Of a stretch of 64,000 nucleotides of DNA, positions 58,636-64,000 are shown in pieces. Numbering within the stretch: position 1 is the first letter of the stretch; every line of letters begins with the position of its first letter. The notes beneath the pieces were generated by a model, which made no database searches, had not been told where the DNA came from, and saw only the letters and a list, made by a program, of their open reading frames with translations. The stretch lies in contig OZ244034.1 in the NCBI GenBank assembly GCA_965215185.1, positions 3,008,001 through 3,072,000 on the forward strand, read 5' to 3'. Both the position numbers and the translations under genes were made by a program. Origin of the DNA: Acidimicrobiia bacterium (GTDB lineage Bacteria; Actinomycetota; Acidimicrobiia; Spongiisociales; ZC4RG35).

Positions 58636-59638
58636 TATGGACGACACGATGCATGCGGTACCGGATACCGATACCCGGATCGGCATCTACCGGTTGATGC
58701 TCGAAGCACGCATCTTCGAGCAGTACGCCTACCAGATGTTTCTCGAGGGGCTGGTCAAGGGCACCTCTCACCTGGCCACCGGACAGGAGGCGATCGCAGC
58801 CGGATTCGCCGCCGCCATGCGTCCGGCCGACCTCACCTTCTGCACCTACCGCGGGCACATCCACACCCTGCTGAGGGGAACACCGCCCGGCCCGCTCATG
58901 GCGGAACTGCTCGGCCGGGCCACCGGCGTGTGCGGCGGGAAGGGAGGCTCCATGCACCTCACCTGGGCGGCGGCAGGCGCCATGGGTTCCTACGCCATTG
59001 TCGGAGCCCACCTTCCGATCGCCGCGGGAGCGGCCTGGGCAGCGATGGAGCGGGGTAGCGGGCAGGTGTCGGTCTGCTTCTTCGGTGACGGAGCTACCAA
59101 CATCGGTGCGTTTCACGAAGCCCTCAACATGGCGGTCGTCTGGAACCTGCCGGTCGTGTTCGTCTGCGAGAACAACCAGTACATGGAGTACACACCTATC
59201 GGGTCGGTCACCGCCGTGGAGCGCCCGGCGGCCGATCGTGCCTCCGCGTACGGGCTCGAAGCGGTTCTGGCGGACGGCAACGATCCCGACGATATGTTCG
59301 GTATCGCCCGGAGCTCTCTCGAAAGGGCCAGGGCCGGGGGAGGCCCCAGCCTCATCGAAGCTCTCACCTACCGCCACGGCGGTCACTCCCGCGCCGATCC
59401 CGGCAAGTACCGCCCGGACGACGAGGTGGAGAGATGGAAGGCACGGGATCCGATCCCGATGTACAGGGAGAGGCTGGCGTCTGCGGGATCATCGGAGCAG
59501 CAACTGTCGGGTATAGAGGAGTCGGTAGAGGCGGCCATGCGCGTAGCCGTCGAGGAGGCGAAGGCGGCGCCGGCGCCCTCCCTGGCTTCGATATCCACCG
59601 AGGTATGGGCGGATGGGGGTTCGCAGTGGCGGAACTGA
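58625..59638 (+). CDS. ThDP-dependent dehydrogenase E1 alpha (acetoin/pyruvate DH type)
   Basis: GQEA, GKGGSMH, GDGA...ENN, TYRHGGHS. Confidence 0.94.
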   Translation: MSIDMDDTMHAVPDTDTRIGIYRLMLEARIFEQYAYQMFLEGLVKGTSHLATGQEAIAAGFAAAMRPADLTFCTYRGHIHTLLRGTPPGPLMAELLGRATGVCGGKGGSMHLTWAAAGAMGSYAIVGAHLPIAAGAAWAAMERGSGQVSVCFFGDGATNIGAFHEALNMAVVWNLPVVFVCENNQYMEYTPIGSVTAVERPAADRASAYGLEAVLADGNDPDDMFGIARSSLERARAGGGPSLIEALTYRHGGHSRADPGKYRPDDEVERWKARDPIPMYRERLASAGSSEQQLSGIEESVEAAMRVAVEEAKAAPAPSLASISTEVWADGGSQWRN

Positions 59639-60603
59639 TGACCTATCGGGAGGCGGTCGCCTACGGCCTCGCCCAGGAGATGGAGCGGGACGAGACCGTC
59701 TACCTGATCGGCGAGGATGTGGCTGCCGCCGGTGGGGTCTTCAAGACCACACCCGGTCTCCTGGAACGTTTCGGACCCCGCCGGGTGCGGGACACCCCCA
59801 TCTCGGAGGAGGCGATAATCGGCGCGGTGATGGGCGCGGCGATGAACGGCCTGCGTCCCGTGGCCGAGATAATGTTCTCCGACTTCCTGGCCACCTGCTG
59901 GGATCTTGTAGCCAACCAGATCGCCAAGATCCGCTACATGACGGACGGCCAGGTGGCCCTGCCGCTGGTCATCAGGACCGCGAACGGTGGCGGGGTGCGC
60001 TTCGGGGCCCAGCACTCGCAGAGCCTCGAGAACTGGGCGATGTCGGTACCCGGCCTCAAGGTCGTTGCCCCCTCGACCCCGCGCGATGTCGTCGAACTGA
60101 TGGCCGCGTCGATCCGCGATCCCGATCCGGTGATCTTCTTCGAGCACAAAGCCCTGTTCGCCACCCGTGGGCCGATTCCGGATGGTGAGCTGGTCGGCGA
60201 GCTGGGCAAGGCAGCCGTCGTCCGCTCGGGATCGGACGCCACCATCCTGGCTCTGGCCGCCATGGTCCCGAAAGCGCTGGCCGCCGCGGAGGATCTGGCG
60301 GGACGCGGGATCGACGTTACCGTCGTGGACGTCCGCTGCCTGGTGCCCCTCGACACGCAGACGATCCTGGGCACGGTGGCCGAGACGGGGCGCGTCTACA
60401 CGGTCGAGGAGAACCCGCGGTTGTGCGGATGGGGAGCGGAAGTGGTCTCGATAATCGCCGAGGAGGCTTTCTACGATCTGGACCAGCCGATCGTCCGGAT
60501 CACCACCGACCACGTCCCGCTGCCGTCCGCCGATATCCTCGAAGACGCCGCCATCCCGTCGGCCGAGCGGATCGTGGCCACAGTGGAGAAGACGATCGAA
60601 TGA
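59626..60603 (+). CDS. ThDP-dependent dehydrogenase E1 beta
   Basis: GEDV, DTPISE, AQHSQ, FFEHK. Confidence 0.94.
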   Translation: MAELMTYREAVAYGLAQEMERDETVYLIGEDVAAAGGVFKTTPGLLERFGPRRVRDTPISEEAIIGAVMGAAMNGLRPVAEIMFSDFLATCWDLVANQIAKIRYMTDGQVALPLVIRTANGGGVRFGAQHSQSLENWAMSVPGLKVVAPSTPRDVVELMAASIRDPDPVIFFEHKALFATRGPIPDGELVGELGKAAVVRSGSDATILALAAMVPKALAAAEDLAGRGIDVTVVDVRCLVPLDTQTILGTVAETGRVYTVEENPRLCGWGAEVVSIIAEEAFYDLDQPIVRITTDHVPLPSADILEDAAIPSAERIVATVEKTIE

Positions 60604-60970
60604 TGGCGGCAATCGGCAGGCGCCGGTGCATGGCGATTCCCGCACGGGTACTTGCGTATCGGGGCCGCGAGTCGTCCTGTCGTCTCGCGAAAACCGTCAC
60701 CGCCGGCTTGCTCGCCGGGCCCTCCCCCACCACCACCTTTCCTGGGACCGGAACGCGTTCCGTCCTACCTCTGATCGGGCGGCCCGGTTCCGAGAATCAT
60801 GATCCCTCGTGGGGTCGAATGACGTCCGTTCGACACCGCTCGGATGTTTGGCATCCCTCACTATGCAACGTGGGTGTGACAACTTCAACCCCCTCGCGCG
60901 GTGGACTTCCCGGAAGTGCATACCGGACTAGCGCGGCGCACCCTTCCGAGCCGGATGCGGGGAGGATCCG

Positions 60971-61864
60971 ATGAGTGACTTCCGGGATGCACGGGTGGGG
61001 TTTATCGGCCTCGGTAGGATGGGGTACCCCATGGCAGCCAACATCGCCCGCGCCGGGTTTCCTCTGACCGTGTGGAACCGGACGGCTTCCAAGTCGGAGG
61101 CGCTGGCCGCGGAGACCGGAGCGACGGTAGCGGCATCCCCGGCGGATCTGGCACGTGCGGTCGATGTCCTGATCACCATGGTGGCCGATGGCCGGGTCCT
61201 GACCGACCTCTACACAGGAGCCGGCGCGATCTGCGGATCCCTGTCGGCCGGGACCGTCTGCGTGGATATGAGCACCGTGAGTCCGGACGAGTCGCGACAG
61301 GTGGCGGCGGCGGTGGAATCCGCAGGGGGACGGTTCGTCGATGCGCCGGTCTCCGGTAGCACGGCGCCGGCCAGCGCCGGAACCCTGACCATCATGGCCG
61401 GGGGTCGGCCCGAGGATGTCGAGCCCCTGCGGCCGGTCTTCGAAGCGATGGGGTCTCGCCTCTACCACATGGGGCCGGTGGGCTCGGGAGCGACGATCAA
61501 GCTGGCGGTCAACTCGATCGTGTACGGCCTCGGGCAGGCGGTCGCGGAGGCCTTGGTGCTGGCAGAGGCAGCCGGCATCGGCCGGGAGACCGCGTACGAG
61601 GTCTTCGCCAACAGCGCCATCGCCGCCCCCTTCGTTCACTACCGCCAGGAAGCCTTCCTCAGACCGGGCGAGGTACCGGTGGCATTCAGGATGGTCCTGG
61701 CCAAGAAGGACCTCGACCTGGCGCTCGATCTGGCGCGGTCGGTGGGCGCCTCCATGCCGCAGGCCGGCCTCAACCGATCGGAACTGGTGGAGGCCATCGC
61801 GGCGGGCTTCGGCGACCACGATATGTCGGCGGTCGCCGAGCGCCTGCGGGCCGCCCTCACCTGA
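60971..61864 (+). CDS. Beta-hydroxyacid dehydrogenase (3-hydroxyisobutyrate DH / tartronate semialdehyde reductase family)
   Basis: GFIGLGRMG, DAPVSG, KLAVN, KDL. Confidence 0.93.
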   Translation: MSDFRDARVGFIGLGRMGYPMAANIARAGFPLTVWNRTASKSEALAAETGATVAASPADLARAVDVLITMVADGRVLTDLYTGAGAICGSLSAGTVCVDMSTVSPDESRQVAAAVESAGGRFVDAPVSGSTAPASAGTLTIMAGGRPEDVEPLRPVFEAMGSRLYHMGPVGSGATIKLAVNSIVYGLGQAVAEALVLAEAAGIGRETAYEVFANSAIAAPFVHYRQEAFLRPGEVPVAFRMVLAKKDLDLALDLARSVGASMPQAGLNRSELVEAIAAGFGDHDMSAVAERLRAALT

Positions 61865-62009
61865 CGGCAGGAAGCGTTCGCCTGCTTGGACACGCGAAAA
61901 CCGTTCACGTTAGGATTCACCGGGTTGTCTGGAGGAAAGGCGGCATCCGGCAACGTCGGAGGTGCCGCGGATGGATGACAGAGCAGGACCCGAGTGAAGG
62001 GACGGAAGA

Positions 62010-63062
62010 ATGATGAGAGGTAAGCAGAAGTGGGCCGTGCTCGTCGCGCTACTGGCACTGGCGCTCGTAGCGTCGAGTTGCGCCGGTGAGGACGATGACA
62101 CCGCCGGGGGGACGATCGTTGCCTTCATCCCGACCACCACCAACACCTACATCGCCGAGTGGGGCCGCGGCGCTCAGGAGAGGGCGGCGGAACTGGGTTA
62201 CAACCTGGTGATCATCGAGAACAACTTCGACCAGGCCGAACAGGACACCCAGGTACAGCAGCAGTTGGGCGCGGGCGATGATGACGTGGTGGCCTATGCT
62301 TGGTGGCCGTCGGACAACGAAGCCGGGGCGGCCTCCCTGCGGGCTCTCGCCGATACCGGTGTCCCGGTCATCCAGACCAACCAGTTGCCGTTCCCCGGAT
62401 CCGAGAGGTACGTGGTCGGTTACGCGGGCGTGAACGACAAGCTCAACGGCGAGGTAGCTGCCAACCTGCTCATAGAGGCCCGGGATCACATGATCGCCAA
62501 TGGGATGGAACTCCACGGCGCCGGCGGGCATGCCATCGTCATCGGCTTCGTGGCCGGTTACCAGGCCGGTATCGACCGCTCCGGTGCCGCGCTCCCGATT
62601 CTGGCCCGTCAGAATATCAGCGTGCTCGGCGAGGTCGATGTGGGCTTCGGTCCGGCCGAGGGGTACGACGGGACGAAGCAGTTGATTGCCGCCCATCGCA
62701 ACGCCGGTATCGACCTGGTGTACGCCCACAACTCGGCTCTGGCCGAGGGCGTGATCCAGGCCTTGGAGGAAGAGGGCTATCACCCCGGTCAGGACGTGAT
62801 GGTGGTGGGTGGTACCTGCCACGGCAACCTCGACCATCTGATCGACGGCTCGGAGTTCGCCACCGGTCTGCAGGCCGCCCGTCTCGAGGGTGTGTTCAGC
62901 ATCAACACCCTCGACGAGTACCTCACTGAAGGCAGCCTGGCGAGCTTCAACAACTTCATTCCCAACCCGCCGGTACACAGCCCGGCCTACACCCCCGGCA
63001 GCAACGAGATCGAGACCGTGATGGTCGAGGGCTTCGGCGTTGCCGACCTCTGCGTCTACTAG
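62010..63062 (+). CDS. Sugar ABC transporter substrate-binding lipoprotein (RbsB-like)
   Basis: Lipobox SSC, type I PBP pattern, VYAHNSALAEG. Confidence 0.88.
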   Translation: MMRGKQKWAVLVALLALALVASSCAGEDDDTAGGTIVAFIPTTTNTYIAEWGRGAQERAAELGYNLVIIENNFDQAEQDTQVQQQLGAGDDDVVAYAWWPSDNEAGAASLRALADTGVPVIQTNQLPFPGSERYVVGYAGVNDKLNGEVAANLLIEARDHMIANGMELHGAGGHAIVIGFVAGYQAGIDRSGAALPILARQNISVLGEVDVGFGPAEGYDGTKQLIAAHRNAGIDLVYAHNSALAEGVIQALEEEGYHPGQDVMVVGGTCHGNLDHLIDGSEFATGLQAARLEGVFSINTLDEYLTEGSLASFNNFIPNPPVHSPAYTPGSNEIETVMVEGFGVADLCVY

Positions 63063-63203
63063 CCACTTCGGGATGGTGGGACGGCAGGTCATCGACCGCC
63101 GTCCCACCATCGACGACCACAAGACACACCGTGGGGGTCCGGAGCCACCGGATCGCTGCGAGGAACGAGTGTGCAGGAACGATGGCGTGATCGATAGCAG
63201 GAC

Positions 63204-63674
63204 ATGACGGCCACCAACCTGTTCCACGTGGGGGTGCTGGTGCCCGACCTCGCCGAGGCGACAGCGCGGTTCACCGAAGTGCTGGGTCTCACCTTCAAAG
63301 ATCCGGCGGTCGCCCACGTCGATCGGTTCGAGCAGATGTCGCGGATGGAGCAACTCGACCTCCGCATCACGTGGTCCGTGGAGGGTCCGCCTCACCTGGA
63401 ATTACTCGAATCCCAGGACAACGACGGTCTGTACGGGCGGGCACGGGAGGGCCTGCACCACATAGGCCTGTGGGAGCCGGACCCCGAAACCCTCATCGAG
63501 CGGTTGCTGGGTCTCGGACTGAAGAAGGAGGCCACCCAGTACATGCCGGACGACCGGATCCTGGCCACCTACACCGAGCCGAACGAGTTGTACGGCACCC
63601 GCCTCGAGTTCATCGAAGCGGGCCGCCGTCCCGGTATGGAGGCCTGGCTGGCTGGGGAGGAATGGCTGGACTGA
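63204..63674 (+). CDS. VOC family protein (glyoxalase_4 type)
   Basis: FHVGVLV, HLELLE, GLHHIG, RLEF. Confidence 0.88.
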   Translation: MTATNLFHVGVLVPDLAEATARFTEVLGLTFKDPAVAHVDRFEQMSRMEQLDLRITWSVEGPPHLELLESQDNDGLYGRAREGLHHIGLWEPDPETLIERLLGLGLKKEATQYMPDDRILATYTEPNELYGTRLEFIEAGRRPGMEAWLAGEEWLD

Positions 63675-63765
63675 GTGTCGGAGGTCAGTGGCTGTGGCCG
63701 GTGGCCGGTTGAGTTGCCACCGCTCCACCAAGGGGTGAAACCAGAGCCTTTGCTGATGGTCGGAG

Positions 63766-64000
63766 TTGAAAGGAGTCCCTATCACTCTCTCTGAATCCGC
63801 GCCACCGTTCGACCTCACGGCGGGCCATTTCACCATCGCCGGTTCACCGGTGGGCGCCGGTTACGGGACCGCGTCACCGTGGCCCTTCGAGGTCCGGGTG
63901 GAGGCGGCCGCCGCGGCGGGATACCGCTCGATCGGGATGGGCGAGGCGGACTACTCGGGAATGCGGGCTGCGGGCATCTCCGACGATGAACTACTGGGCA
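63766..64000 (+). CDS. N-terminus of a sugar phosphate isomerase/epimerase (TIM barrel); runs off the window, start uncertain
   Basis: SPWPFEVRVEAAAAAGYRSIG...AGISDDEL. Confidence 0.7.
   Translation, partial: MKGVPITLSESAPPFDLTAGHFTIAGSPVGAGYGTASPWPFEVRVEAAAAAGYRSIGMGEADYSGMRAAGISDDELLG

Overview
High-GC actinobacterial DNA; the gene content (FN3 protein, F420 enzymes, many solute-binding lipoproteins, three molybdo-flavoenzyme operons) suggests Acidimicrobiia, which is inference. 1-7 kb is a nested IS graveyard. An IS30 sits between two inverted 336-bp IS3 right arms, and an IS110 with a C-terminal XRE-type HTH is inserted in the terminal repeat of an ISL3 remnant. The non-coding left end of the IS110 holds short sequences matching both its insertion site and its own ends, i.e. 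a readable bridge RNA. Next come tRNA-Gln and tRNA-Glu, housekeeping-type genes, a DUF917/hydantoinase/LLM/Mo-hydroxylase operon, a second Mo-hydroxylase operon, a form I CO dehydrogenase (coxMSL, AYRCSFR) with XdhC-YHS, a PIN-type TA pair, cofC and an MFS gene. 33.6-53 kb is a catabolic island with a duplicated oxidoreductase-RraA-signal-peptide cassette fused to two unrelated ABC transporters, plus cyclase, P450, amidohydrolase and VOC genes. The end has SDR/ADH, a Fic gene between repeat elements, an M24-E1alpha-E1beta operon and sugar uptake genes. No CRISPR array or rRNA was seen. All alignments were done by eye.
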